Shown: positions 12,213-21,700 of the stretch, one piece after another | Position numbering within the stretch: the stretch's first letter is position 1 | How the letters are laid out: every line of letters starts with the position of its first letter | NCBI GenBank assembly: GCA_041687695.1 | Contig: JAWLBL010000007.1 | Span: forward strand, 225,135-289,134 | Direction: 5' to 3' | From: Myxococcota bacterium | GTDB lineage: Bacteria > Myxococcota_A > UBA9042 > PHBI01 > JAWLBL01 | Length of the DNA: 64,000 nucleotides | Program-made: the position numbers and the translations under genes | Notes under the pieces: generated by a model | The model's input: only the letters and a program-made list of their open reading frames with translations | The model's database searches: none | What the model was told of the DNA's origin: nothing

Positions 12213-13163
12213 TCAGACCGCCTCGGGGTCCTGCTGCCGCTCGAGCTCGGCGTCGAGCATCGCGCAGATGTCGTCCTTCACCTCGGCCAGGTTCAGCCCG
12301 ATGAAGGCGATGGAGGTGCGCCCGGTGACCGGCGTCGCGTCCCAGTCCAGCTGGCCCGGCATGCCGTTGACGCAGTGGGTCTTGTCCCAGCAGCGCAGGA
12401 CGCCCTTGAAGCGGGCGATGCGCTCGCGGCCGCCCGGCGGGTTGAGCAGCTTGTGGCCGAAGACCAGGCGGTCGTAGCAGATCTTCTTGGAGCGGTAGAC
12501 GAAGGCCTCGAAGTCGGCGGGCAGCCCCTCGGTGGCGGCGTCGTCGGACAGGCGCGGCGCGAGGCCCTCGGGCATCGTCAGGACCGCCGACCGGCTGACC
12601 TGGCCCTGGTAGGCGAACTGCACGCGCGCCGCCGGGTTGCGGGCCTTGATGCGGTCGCGGATGGTCGACAGCGACGTCTCGTTGGCCTTGTCGGTCTTGT
12701 TGACGACCACGACGTCGGCGACGTCGACCTGCGCCCACAGCTGCGCGCCGAAGCGCTGGTCGTGCGCCTCGAAGGCGCCGGCGTCCAGCACGACGATGGT
12801 CGGGCCCAGCACGGTGTCGCGGCGGATCTCCTCGTCGCCGAACAGGTCGCGGGTGATGAGGTCCAGCTGCGCGACGCCGCTGGTCTCGAGGAAGATGTGC
12901 GCCAGCGGGTTGCCGTCGCCCAGCAGATCGGCGACCGGCTCGGAGTACGGGCGCGCCGCGGCGCCGATGCCGGTCGCGGCGATCTGGCGGATCTCGACGC
13001 CCGTGGGCTTGAGCATCTCGGCGTCGAAGCCCTGCTCGGCGAACTCGCCGACGACCACCGCCGAGCGCCCGTCGATGGCCGTGCCGTCGAGCAGGTGCTT
13101 GAGGACGCTGGTCTTCCCCGACCCGAGGATGCCCGTGATGATGTGCAGCTTGGTCTTGCGCAT
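12213..13163 (-). CDS. CobW/COG0523-family P-loop GTPase (metallochaperone-like)
   Basis: ITGILGSGKT Walker A, LETSGVA, ADVVVVNKTD, C-terminal RFKG...FIG domain; ATG at 13163. Confidence 0.85.
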   Translation of the reverse strand: MRKTKLHIITGILGSGKTSVLKHLLDGTAIDGRSAVVVGEFAEQGFDAEMLKPTGVEIRQIAATGIGAAARPYSEPVADLLGDGNPLAHIFLETSGVAQLDLITRDLFGDEEIRRDTVLGPTIVVLDAGAFEAHDQRFGAQLWAQVDVADVVVVNKTDKANETSLSTIRDRIKARNPAARVQFAYQGQVSRSAVLTMPEGLAPRLSDDAATEGLPADFEAFVYRSKKICYDRLVFGHKLLNPPGGRERIARFKGVLRCWDKTHCVNGMPGQLDWDATPVTGRTSIAFIGLNLAEVKDDICAMLDAELERQQDPEAV

Positions 13164-13337
13164 GCCTACTCCCAGTTCGCGGCGGAGCCTAACAGGAAGG
13201 GCCCGCGCCCGCCACGCCGCCCCGCCGGCCGATGATGATCCGCCTCGGGCGTCCGCCTCGGGCCCACGCGGATTTTGGACCGCCCCGGCGGACCGCCTTA
13301 GGGTCGGGGCCGCCCAACGTCCCCCGGGAGCCCTGGC

Positions 13338-14432
13338 TTGGCGCGCACCGACACCCGCTGGTATCGCCACGAGCGCTGGATCGCCACCCTGGCCCGCGTC
13401 GTGCTCTTCGTGGGCGCGCTCTGGTTCCTGGGCGCCGTCCTCGTGCGCCTGTCCAGCGTCACCGTGCCCCTGTTCGGCGGCTTCCTGCTGGCCTTCGTCA
13501 GCCTGCCGGCCATCGACGCCCTCGACCGCCGCATGCCCCGCGGCCTCGCCGTCACCCTGGTCGCCGTCCTCGGCCTGCTCGCCGCCGCCGTCCTGGCCTT
13601 CCTGGTCGTCCCGCTCTTCACCCGCGAGCTGGCCGTCGTCCTGCGCCTGCTGCCCGAGTGGGTCGAGCGCGTCCAGACCGACTGGATCCCCGCCCTCATC
13701 CGCACCTTCGATCTCGAGGACGCGGTCGAACCCGGCGCCATCCAGCAGATGATCGAGCAGTCGGCCGCCCCGCTCATCCGCAACACGGGCCTCGCCCTGC
13801 AGAGCCTGACCGGCTTCCTCGCCCGCGCGGTCGACGCCGCCATCATCCTGGTGATGGTCCCCATCTTCGCCATGTTCTTCGGCTACCACTTCCACACGGT
13901 CGTCGCCTTCGGCCGCTCGCTCGTCCCCCCGCGCCACATGGACGACACCGTGCGCGTCCTGCGCGACGTCGACCGCACCCTGGCCAAGTGGATCCGCGGC
14001 CAGCTCACCGTCTGCGTCGCCCTGGCCGTCATGTACTGCATCGGCCTGTCGCTCGCCGGCCTCAAGGGCGCCATCGCCATCGGCATCGTCGCCGGCCTGC
14101 TCAACTTCGTGCCCTACCTGGGCACCATCGCCGGCAGCACCATGAGCTTCCTCATGGCCGCCCTCGAGGGCTCTCCCCCCGAGACCTTCGTCCTCATCGC
14201 CTCGACCTTCGCCATCGCCGGCCTCATCGAGGGCTGGATCATCACCCCGCGCGTCGTCGGCGGCTCGGTCGGCCTGGGCGGCCTGGGCGTGCTGGTCGCC
14301 CTGATGGTCGGCGCCGAGCTGATGGGCATGCTGGGCGTCCTGGTCGCCGTCCCCACCGCCGCGGTGCTGGTCATCCTGCTACGCGAGGCCCGCGTCGCCT
14401 ACTCGAAGAGCCCCTTCTTCACGCACCCCTGA
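13338..14432 (+). CDS. AI-2E family transporter (PerM-like)
   Basis: Multiple TM helices; WIRGQL, NFVPYLG and ITPRVVG...GL motifs. Confidence 0.9.
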   Translation: MARTDTRWYRHERWIATLARVVLFVGALWFLGAVLVRLSSVTVPLFGGFLLAFVSLPAIDALDRRMPRGLAVTLVAVLGLLAAAVLAFLVVPLFTRELAVVLRLLPEWVERVQTDWIPALIRTFDLEDAVEPGAIQQMIEQSAAPLIRNTGLALQSLTGFLARAVDAAIILVMVPIFAMFFGYHFHTVVAFGRSLVPPRHMDDTVRVLRDVDRTLAKWIRGQLTVCVALAVMYCIGLSLAGLKGAIAIGIVAGLLNFVPYLGTIAGSTMSFLMAALEGSPPETFVLIASTFAIAGLIEGWIITPRVVGGSVGLGGLGVLVALMVGAELMGMLGVLVAVPTAAVLVILLREARVAYSKSPFFTHP

Positions 14433-14439
14433 CCGGGCC

Positions 14440-16509
14440 TCACCCCGCCGCGCCCTCGGCCAGCCGCAGGAACTCGGTCTCGGTGATGATCCGCAGCGGC
14501 GCGCCCTCGGCGACGTACTTGTCGGCCGTCTTGTGCTTCGAACTGCGCGCGCCGTCGCCCAATAGCGGCGACCCGTCGTCGCCGATGACCAGGAAGTCCA
14601 GATCGCGCGTGACCCCCGAGGGCGTCGTCCCGCCCGCCGCGCGCACCTTCTGCTGCGCCGACTTGCGGTCCATGTGGGCCAGCTTCCCGGTGAACACGAC
14701 CGACTTGCCGGCCAGCGGGTGCGCCGCGTCGCCGACCGCCGGCGCCTGCACGTCGTGGTGGTCCTCGACCGCCACGAACGCGAGCAGGTGCTCGATCTGC
14801 TCGCGCCGCTGCGCCAGCCCTTGCACGATGCTCGCCGCCAGCACCTCGTCGAAGCCGTGCAGACCCTTGAGGTCCTCTTCGCGGAGCTCCAGCACCCGCC
14901 CCAGCGTCCGGAACTGCGCCGCGAGCGTCCCTGCCATCTCGGGGCCGAGGCTCGGCACGCCTAGCGAAGCCAGGAAGGTGGCCAGCGGCAGCACCCTCCG
15001 GCCCGCGATGTTGTCCACCAGCTTGCGCGCCAGCGTCTCACCCATCCGCTCGAGGGGCGTCAGGTCATCCGCGCGCAGCCGATAGAGATCCGCCGGCTCC
15101 TTCACCAGCCCGCGCTCACGCAGCTGCGCCACGACCTTGGGCCCGAAGCCGTCGATCTCCGCCGCCTTCAGGAAGTGCTGCAACGCGCCGTCGATCACCG
15201 CGGGGCAGCCCTCGGGTCGCGAGCACATCAGCGTCTTGATGATGCGCTTGGCCTCTCCCTTCTTTCCGGCGGAGGCCTCGCGCGCCACGACGTGCGTCGG
15301 GCCCTCGCAGGAGGGGCAGGTCGCGGGGATCTGCAGCGGCTCCGGCCCCGCCTCCACCACCGACTCGATGTGCGGGATGACCCCTCCTCGTCGTGACGCC
15401 ACCACCGTCGCGCCCCGGGTCACGCCCAGCTCCTCGACCCGCGTCAGGTTGTGGAGCGAGCACCGTCCGACCATCGCGCCCGACAGCTCGATGGGCTCGA
15501 TCAGCGCCACGGGCGTAATCGCCCCCGTCCGCGCCACCGACCACTCGACGTCCAGCAGCGTCGTCTTGCCGGTCTCGGCCTGGAACTTGTAGGCGATGGC
15601 ATAGCGCGGGTGATGCGCGGTCAGACCCAGCCGCCGCTGCTCCGAGATCGCGTTCACCTTGTAGACGATGCCGTCGATCTCGAAGTCCAGCCCGTCACGC
15701 CGCGCCAGCCACATGTCGAAGCACGCCTGCATGGCCTCCTTCGGTACGACCTGGGTCTCGACCGTCTCGAAACCATGCGCCCGCGCCCACTCCAGCTTGG
15801 CCGCCTCGGTCTCCAGCTCTGGCCCGATCACGTCGTACGCGAAGAACGACAGCCGATACTCCGCGGTCTTCTCCGCTACCTTCTGCTTGATGGCGCCGGC
15901 GGTCGTGTTGCGCGGATTGGAGAACTGGTCTCTGAGTCCGGCGAAGACGCTCAGGCGCATGTAGACCTCGCCGCGCACCTCGACCGGCCCCCCGCCCGAA
16001 ATCTGCTTCGGGATGTCGGCGATGTGCAGGGCGTTGGCCGTGAAGGCCTCGCCCCGCACCCCGTCGCCGCGGGTCACGGCCACCGACAGGCGCCCCTCGG
16101 TGTCGTACTTCAGCGAGGCGGCGACGCCGTCGACCTTGGGCGTCTCGACGACGTCTCCGACGAAGGCCTCCTGGCCGGTCCGTGGGTCCCACGCCCAACG
16201 TCGCAGCTCGTCCTCGGTGTAGCACTTGTCCAGGCTCAGCATGGGCGTGTCGTGGAACACGCGCTCGCCGGCGCTCGACGGCGTCGCCTCGAGCTCGAGC
16301 AGGGCCGGGTGCTCGGGGGCCAGCGCCTGCAGCCGGCGCGTCAGCCGGTCGAAGGCGTAGTCGCTGATCTCCGGCGCGTTCAGCGCGAAGTACCGCCAGT
16401 TGTGGTAGCGCACGGCGACCGCCAGCTCGTCGACCGTCATCTGGTCGAAGGGCTTGTCCGCCGGGCGCGGCGGGCTCTGCAGCGTCTCGGGCTCGCGGCT
16501 CGTGCTCAT
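14440..16509 (-). CDS. ligA: NAD-dependent DNA ligase
   Basis: PMLSLDK, KVDG adenylation motif, TRGDG, EVRGEVYM, NPRN, IDGIVYK, zinc finger, HhH repeats, C-terminal BRCT. Confidence 0.97.
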   Translation of the reverse strand: MSTSREPETLQSPPRPADKPFDQMTVDELAVAVRYHNWRYFALNAPEISDYAFDRLTRRLQALAPEHPALLELEATPSSAGERVFHDTPMLSLDKCYTEDELRRWAWDPRTGQEAFVGDVVETPKVDGVAASLKYDTEGRLSVAVTRGDGVRGEAFTANALHIADIPKQISGGGPVEVRGEVYMRLSVFAGLRDQFSNPRNTTAGAIKQKVAEKTAEYRLSFFAYDVIGPELETEAAKLEWARAHGFETVETQVVPKEAMQACFDMWLARRDGLDFEIDGIVYKVNAISEQRRLGLTAHHPRYAIAYKFQAETGKTTLLDVEWSVARTGAITPVALIEPIELSGAMVGRCSLHNLTRVEELGVTRGATVVASRRGGVIPHIESVVEAGPEPLQIPATCPSCEGPTHVVAREASAGKKGEAKRIIKTLMCSRPEGCPAVIDGALQHFLKAAEIDGFGPKVVAQLRERGLVKEPADLYRLRADDLTPLERMGETLARKLVDNIAGRRVLPLATFLASLGVPSLGPEMAGTLAAQFRTLGRVLELREEDLKGLHGFDEVLAASIVQGLAQRREQIEHLLAFVAVEDHHDVQAPAVGDAAHPLAGKSVVFTGKLAHMDRKSAQQKVRAAGGTTPSGVTRDLDFLVIGDDGSPLLGDGARSSKHKTADKYVAEGAPLRIITETEFLRLAEGAAG

Positions 16510-16671
16510 GACCTTCCCTCGGTGGCGGTGCTGCGGACGGCGGGTTCGATACCGCGAAGCCTGCCCGGCCGCAACCGCCTCGAAGCTGGACCCCAACCCC
16601 CCGCCACGCCGCGAACTTCCCGTCAGAACGGGGCATTGCCGCCGCCCCCGTCCGCCGCTACCCTCCGGCTC

Positions 16672-18006
16672 ATGTCCTTCGCGGCGCCCAGCTCCCGCTC
16701 CCCCTTCGAGGCCGCCAACGCCTGGCTCGCCTCGCTGCACCCGCGCGGCATCCGCCTGGGCCTCGACGGCGTCCGCATGGCGCTCGAGCGCCTCGGCTCG
16801 CCCCACCTGCGGCTGCCGGCCGTCACCATCGCGGGCACCAACGGCAAGGGCTCGACCGCCGCCTTTTTGGCCTCGATGGCCCACATGGCCGGCTACCGGG
16901 TGGGCCTTTACACCTCGCCCCACCTGGTCCACGTCACCGAGCGCATCCGCCTGGGCAGCCTGCCCATCCTGCCCGACGACTTCGCCGAGCAGGCCTTCCT
17001 GGTCCGCGCGGCCATGCAGGGCACGCACAGCCGCCCCGAGCTGCCGCTGACCTACTTCGAGGCCATGACCGTCATGGCCATCCACTACTTCCACCAGCGC
17101 GAGGTCGACCTGGCCATCCTCGAGGTGGGCCTGGGCGGCCGCCTCGACGCGACGGCCGTGGTCCCGCCGCTGGTCAGCGTCATCACCCCCATCGGCCTCG
17201 ACCACCAGGAGTACCTGGGCGACACGCTAGAGGCCATCTGCACCGAGAAGGCCGGCATCATCCAAGAGGGCGCGACCGTCGTCACCAACGTCGCCCCCGA
17301 GCTGTTCCGCGCGGTCATCGGCCCCAAGGCGTACTCGCTGCGCTGCCCCATCCGCCGCGCCGAGGTCGACTTCCTGCACGCCTTCTTGCCCGAGGGCTTC
17401 CGGTACCGCGGCTGGATCGGCCGCCTGGGCCCGGTGCGCCTGGGCCTGCGCGGCACCCACCAGGGCGACAACGCCGCGCTCGCCTGCGCCGCCGCCGAGT
17501 CCCTGGCGCCCCACGGCTTCTGCATGAAGCCCATGCACATGGCCGAGGGCCTGGCCCGCGCCCGCCACCCCGGCCGCCTCGAGCTGCGCGACCCACAGAT
17601 AGACCCGTCCGGCCGCTCCTGGCCGCTGACCGTCCTCGACGGCGCCCACAACCCGCTGGGCGCCCAGACGCTGGCGACCGAGCTGGACGCCTTCCTGACC
17701 GAGTCGCCCCGGGTCCTGCTCTTCGCCGCCAAAGCCGACAAGGACGTCCGCGGCATCCTCACCCACCTCGCCCCCAAGGTCGACGCCATCATCGTCACCA
17801 CGGCGCCCCTGCTCTCGGACGCCGCCGAGGTGGCCCCCCACGCCCGCGCCCTGTGCCCCAACGTCCTGGTCGAGCCCGACCTCGAGCGCGCCGTCGAGAC
17901 CGCCCGCCGCCTCACCGGCGCCTCCGGCTCCCTGCTCGTCTCGGGCAGCCTCTACCTGCTGGGCGCCGTCATCCCGCTGCTGCCGACCCCCACACCTTTC
18001 CCTTGA
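16672..18006 (+). CDS. folC: Bifunctional folylpolyglutamate synthase / dihydrofolate synthase
   Basis: AGTNGKGST, YTSPHL, TYFE, LEVGLGGRLDAT, LDGAHNP, GSLYL motifs. Confidence 0.95.
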   Translation: MSFAAPSSRSPFEAANAWLASLHPRGIRLGLDGVRMALERLGSPHLRLPAVTIAGTNGKGSTAAFLASMAHMAGYRVGLYTSPHLVHVTERIRLGSLPILPDDFAEQAFLVRAAMQGTHSRPELPLTYFEAMTVMAIHYFHQREVDLAILEVGLGGRLDATAVVPPLVSVITPIGLDHQEYLGDTLEAICTEKAGIIQEGATVVTNVAPELFRAVIGPKAYSLRCPIRRAEVDFLHAFLPEGFRYRGWIGRLGPVRLGLRGTHQGDNAALACAAAESLAPHGFCMKPMHMAEGLARARHPGRLELRDPQIDPSGRSWPLTVLDGAHNPLGAQTLATELDAFLTESPRVLLFAAKADKDVRGILTHLAPKVDAIIVTTAPLLSDAAEVAPHARALCPNVLVEPDLERAVETARRLTGASGSLLVSGSLYLLGAVIPLLPTPTPFP

Positions 18007-18032
18007 CACCCCCGGCCGGCACCCACTAAAAC
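18003..18032 (+). promoter_or_regulatory. Putative sigma-70 promoter of tRNA-Val
   Basis: TTGACA-18 nt-TAAAAC just upstream of the tRNA. Confidence 0.55.
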
Positions 18033-18049
18033 CCCGTCCACTTCCGCGA

Positions 18050-18124
18050 GGGCGCATAACTCAGCGGTAGAGTGCCACCTTCACACGGTGGAAGTCACAG
18101 GTTCAAATCCTGTTGCGCCCACCA
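18050..18124 (+). tRNA. tRNA-Val (anticodon CAC)
   Basis: Acceptor stem GGGCGCA/TGCGCCC plus ACCA, D arm ACTCAGCGGTAGAGT, anticodon arm CCACC-TTCACAC-GGTGG, T arm ACAGG-TTCAAAT-CCTGT. Confidence 0.97.
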
Positions 18125-18136
18125 GCGTCCGACGTC

Positions 18137-18170
18137 AACAAAGCCCGGGGTTCGGACCCTGGGCTTTGTT
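18137..18170 (+). terminator. Intrinsic terminator-like hairpin after tRNA-Val
   Basis: AACAAAGCCCGGGG-TTCGGA-CCCTGGGCTTTGTT inverted repeat. Confidence 0.7.
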
Positions 18171-18199
18171 GCTTCGAACCCGAAAATCTGCGGGGCTGC

Positions 18200-19507
18200 A
18201 TGCGACTCGAACGACTCGGCTTGGAGAACTTCAGGGCCTTCGAGTCGTTGGACCTGGACCTGCATCCACAGTTCAACGTCCTGGTGGGCACCAACGGGAC
18301 GGGGAAGTCGAGTGTCCTCGAAGCGCTCGCCATCGGTGCAGGGAGCCTCTTTCTGGGGGTCCCAGGCGCCGAAGCACCAGGGGTATCGCGCCAGCAGGTC
18401 CGGCAAGTGGTCTACACCTTCGACGGTCTGCCGGACCTGCAAGCACAGTACCCTGTCGTCATTCGATGCGAGGGAGCATTCGGGGATAGACGGCTGTCGT
18501 GGGTGCGAACGCTCGAGAGCGAGACGGGGCGTACGACGCGGGTCGGCGCCGAATCGATCCGCCTCGTAGGCGAGCAACTCGTAAGGCGCGTTCGGAAGGG
18601 TGAAGGGGTCGTCCTTCCCTTGATCGCACATTACGGGACACAGCGTCTGTGGCGTCAGATCAAACAGACCCGGGGCAAGCAGGGCGTGGGGAGTCGGTTC
18701 GACGGCTACATGGACTGCCTGGAGCCGGCGTCGAACCACAAGCACCTCACTGATTGGATGCGGAAGCAAGCATTGGCGGCTGCCCAGCGACAGGCCGCGA
18801 TCCCGCACGTCGGCGCGGTCGAGGCGGCCGTCTGCGCGTGCATCACGACACCGGAGGCGCCGGTTGAAGCGTTCTACTTCGACGTTCAGCACGACGAGCT
18901 GCGGGTGCGATGGAAGTCGGTCTCAGGTGAGCCTCCGCTGATTCGTCCGTTCGCGCTCCTCCCAGACGGATTTCGCAACATGGTCGCCATGGTGGCGGAC
19001 CTCGCGTGGCGAGCCGTCGTGCTCAACCCGCACCTCGGCGCTGGAGCCGCACGTGGGACAGCCGGGATTGTCCTGGTCGACGAGATCGACCTGCACCTAC
19101 ATCCCTCCTGGCAGCGAAGAGTGGTTGGTGACCTGATGAGGGTGTTCCCCAATGTTCAATTCGTGGTGACGACCCACTCACCTCAGGTCATCGCGACGGC
19201 GAAGCCCGAGTTCCTCCGCATCCTGAAGCCAGACGGCGAGATCGCGCGTGTGGACCATGTCCTGGGCAAGGACTCCAACGCCGTGCTCCGCGAGGTCATG
19301 GACTTGCCGGATCGGCCCAGCTGGATGCAGGACAAGCTCGACGAGCTGGCGCGATGGCTGGAAGCCGAGGACGTCCCCAAGGCCCGTGCCCTTCTCGAGG
19401 AACTCACGAGACTCCTGGGGCCTGGTGATGCGGCGCTTCGTGGGCTCGAGTGGGAGCTTGTCGATCTGGAGCTAGCCAGTGCGGAACGTCGCCAAGAGCC
19501 AACCTGA
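18200..19507 (+). CDS. ptuA: ABC/AAA ATPase, Septu/retron-type PtuA-like
   Basis: MRLERLGLENFRAF start, GTNGTGKSS Walker A, LPDG signature, VLVDEIDLHLHPSWQR Walker B, TTHSPQ; paired with an HNH gene. Confidence 0.8.
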   Translation: MRLERLGLENFRAFESLDLDLHPQFNVLVGTNGTGKSSVLEALAIGAGSLFLGVPGAEAPGVSRQQVRQVVYTFDGLPDLQAQYPVVIRCEGAFGDRRLSWVRTLESETGRTTRVGAESIRLVGEQLVRRVRKGEGVVLPLIAHYGTQRLWRQIKQTRGKQGVGSRFDGYMDCLEPASNHKHLTDWMRKQALAAAQRQAAIPHVGAVEAAVCACITTPEAPVEAFYFDVQHDELRVRWKSVSGEPPLIRPFALLPDGFRNMVAMVADLAWRAVVLNPHLGAGAARGTAGIVLVDEIDLHLHPSWQRRVVGDLMRVFPNVQFVVTTHSPQVIATAKPEFLRILKPDGEIARVDHVLGKDSNAVLREVMDLPDRPSWMQDKLDELARWLEAEDVPKARALLEELTRLLGPGDAALRGLEWELVDLELASAERRQEPT

Positions 19508-20165
19508 ACCGGTGTGCCTGTCGGACGCCCGTCGCCTAGCGCGTGTGGGAGGGCGTCGCGTCAGCTCCGAGGACTGGGACTCCGTCCACGGCGACTGCAA
19601 GGGGCGGCTCCGGGAGAGACTCTTCCGGGATCAGAAGGGCCTCTGTGCCTACTGCTGCGATCGATTGCGCGGAGGCCACGGCTGGTTGGACCACCGGCCC
19701 GATCTGGGAGGCATGAAGATCGAGCATTGGCTGGCTCGCAGCCGATTTGGCGAGGAGACGCTGACCTGGAGCAACCTCCTGGGGGTCTGCGGCGGACGGC
19801 CTTCGGCTAGCTCCGGCTCTTGTGACAACGCCAGGGGCAACGGCGACTTGAGATGTCACCCTGTGAGCTCGCCAAGTCTCCACGAGCGCTTTACCTACAC
19901 GGCAACGGGAGAAGTCCGGGGTCGCGACGCGGATGCTGCGGCCGACATCGATCTCCTCAATCTGAACCACCCCGTCCTCAAGGCGGGCCGGGCGAGGGTC
20001 ATCGAAGCCTTGCGGAAAGCGCTGGCCCGGGATGACAGGCCCGGGAGCATCCGTCGTCGGCTCGCGAGCCTTCGTCAGGAAGATGAACACGGGACGTTGC
20101 CGGGATTCGTGCAGGTGGCAGAGCACTACTTGGAGAAGAAGCTGCGGCTTCGGGATGGCCGCTGA
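19479..20165 (+). CDS. ptuB: HNH endonuclease, PtuB/TIGR02646-like
   Basis: Q.GLCAYC, IEHW, W.NLLGVC, SCDNAR, LNLN motifs; overlaps the 3' end of the ATPase gene. Confidence 0.8.
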   Translation: MRNVAKSQPEPVCLSDARRLARVGGRRVSSEDWDSVHGDCKGRLRERLFRDQKGLCAYCCDRLRGGHGWLDHRPDLGGMKIEHWLARSRFGEETLTWSNLLGVCGGRPSASSGSCDNARGNGDLRCHPVSSPSLHERFTYTATGEVRGRDADAAADIDLLNLNHPVLKAGRARVIEALRKALARDDRPGSIRRRLASLRQEDEHGTLPGFVQVAEHYLEKKLRLRDGR

Positions 20166-20366
20166 GGGCTCGCCAGGGAGTGCAGCGATCGGATGACCAA
20201 GGGGGGGCCACGGAGGGAGGGCGGGGTGGAAGCCGCTGTAGCTGAGCAGGACGACGCAGGATGGGATGGTCGGGGGCCGTCCAGGCTCGACGGCCCTACC
20301 TACCGTTGAGGTGCCGTGATGATGTTGAGGTCACCCGCTCGACCTCGTTCGATCTCGATGCTTGAC

Positions 20367-20397
20367 GTCACAGGTTCAAATCCTGTTGCGCCCACCA
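20367..20397 (+). repeat. Duplicated 3' end of tRNA-Val (attR-like)
   Basis: 31-bp exact match to 18094-18124; the 5' half of the tRNA is absent. Confidence 0.92.
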
Positions 20398-20400
20398 CGA

Positions 20401-20435
20401 AAGAGCCCAGGCCCTGCCTGGGCTCTTCGCGTTTT
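20401..20435 (+). terminator. Intrinsic terminator-like hairpin after the tRNA fragment (possibly the original tRNA terminator)
   Basis: AAGAGCCCAGG-CCCTG-CCTGGGCTCTT followed by CGCGTTTT. Confidence 0.65.
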
Positions 20436-20510
20436 AGGGCCTGGCGGGGCGGGTTGACGGGGGCGGAACGCAGGGGTGATGCTGGCTGACCTTCGCTGAA
20501 GAGGTCCGCC

Positions 20511-21659
20511 ATGTGGAAGCATCGTTCCGTCGTTGCAGGGCTGCTCGTCGTCATCGGACTCGCCGGCTGCGGCGAGGGCGCGACCGTGCGCTCCGAGCCG
20601 GCCGAGGATGCAGCGGCCGAGGAGATCGAGGGCGAGGACGTCGGGGTCGACTCCGCGACTGCTTCGGACGGGGGCGCCGACGCGCTGGCGGACGCACTAT
20701 CAGAGGTCGTCGGCGACGTGGACGCGGCGCTGGAGGGGGACGCCGCGGAGCCGGCCGGGGACGCCGCGGACGCGGTGGAGGCGGGGCCAGGCGATGCTGG
20801 CCTCGACGTGCTCGAGTCCGACGCGGAGCCGGACCCCGCGACGCAGGATTCGGACGGGGACGGGGTCGTCGACGCGATGGACAACTGCCCCAAGCACCCC
20901 AACCCGCTGCAGAAGGACTCGGACCACGACGGCCTGGGCGACCCGTGCGACGGCGACCGCGACGGAGACCTCATCCCGAATGGGGACGACCTCTGCCCGG
21001 ACGCCTTCGACCCCTACGACCTGAACACGGACTGCGACTCGAAGGGCAACGCCTGCGACGACGACGACGACGACGACGGCGATGGGGTGCCCGACGGGCC
21101 CGACGACAACTGCCCGCTGACGCCCAACGTCGAGCAGACGGATAACGATCACGACGGCAAAGGGGACGCTTGCGACGAGGACGACGACAACGACGGCGTG
21201 CTCGACGTCGAGGACGACTGCCCCTGGACCTTCAACCCGGCCCAGGACGGCCGCGTCACCTGCGCCTTCGTGGACCCCGACGGTGACGGGATCCACAGCG
21301 CGGCCGACAACTGCCCCTACGACTTCAACCCCGATCAGGCGGACTCCGACGGCGACGAGCGGGGTGACGCCTGCGACGACTGCTGGGTGCCCTGGCCCGA
21401 GCGCTGCGGCAACGGCAAGGACGACGACGCCGACGGCGAGGTCGACGAGGGCTGCCTGTGTGACGGCGACGCCGAGTGCGCCGACGACATCCCGTGCACC
21501 GTCGATCGCTGCTACTCGCACGGGATCGGCTGCATGAGCGGATACATGAAGCCGGCCGACGCGTGCGCCTGCCAGACCGACGCCGACTGCGACGACGGCG
21601 ACCCGGCGACCACCGACTGGTGCCACCCGGACGGCCTGGTCTGCCATCACACGAAGTAG
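20511..21659 (+). CDS. Thrombospondin type-3 repeat lipoprotein (Ca-binding, Cys/Asp-rich)
   Basis: Lipobox GLAGC; repeated DxDxDGVxDxxDNCP..N..Q.D.D.DG.GDACD motifs; C-terminal ERCGNGKDDDADGEVDEG. Confidence 0.85.
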   Translation: MWKHRSVVAGLLVVIGLAGCGEGATVRSEPAEDAAAEEIEGEDVGVDSATASDGGADALADALSEVVGDVDAALEGDAAEPAGDAADAVEAGPGDAGLDVLESDAEPDPATQDSDGDGVVDAMDNCPKHPNPLQKDSDHDGLGDPCDGDRDGDLIPNGDDLCPDAFDPYDLNTDCDSKGNACDDDDDDDGDGVPDGPDDNCPLTPNVEQTDNDHDGKGDACDEDDDNDGVLDVEDDCPWTFNPAQDGRVTCAFVDPDGDGIHSAADNCPYDFNPDQADSDGDERGDACDDCWVPWPERCGNGKDDDADGEVDEGCLCDGDAECADDIPCTVDRCYSHGIGCMSGYMKPADACACQTDADCDDGDPATTDWCHPDGLVCHHTK

Positions 21660-21700
21660 GCCCTCGGTCGCCTGCCGATCGGCAAGAGCCCCGCTGGTCC

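Larger units (their letters stand above)
18094..20397. mobile_element. tRNA-Val-anchored mini genomic islet (attL/attR-like 31-bp direct repeats), no integrase
   Basis: GTCACAGGTTCAAATCCTGTTGCGCCCACCA is identical at 18094-18124 and 20367-20397; the interval has visibly lower GC. Confidence 0.85.

Noticed and set aside
18200..20165. Complete retron system
   Set aside because: No reverse transcriptase ORF in the islet or elsewhere in the window
20367..20397. Second tRNA-Val gene
   Set aside because: Only the T arm and the acceptor 3' strand are present; no D or anticodon arm
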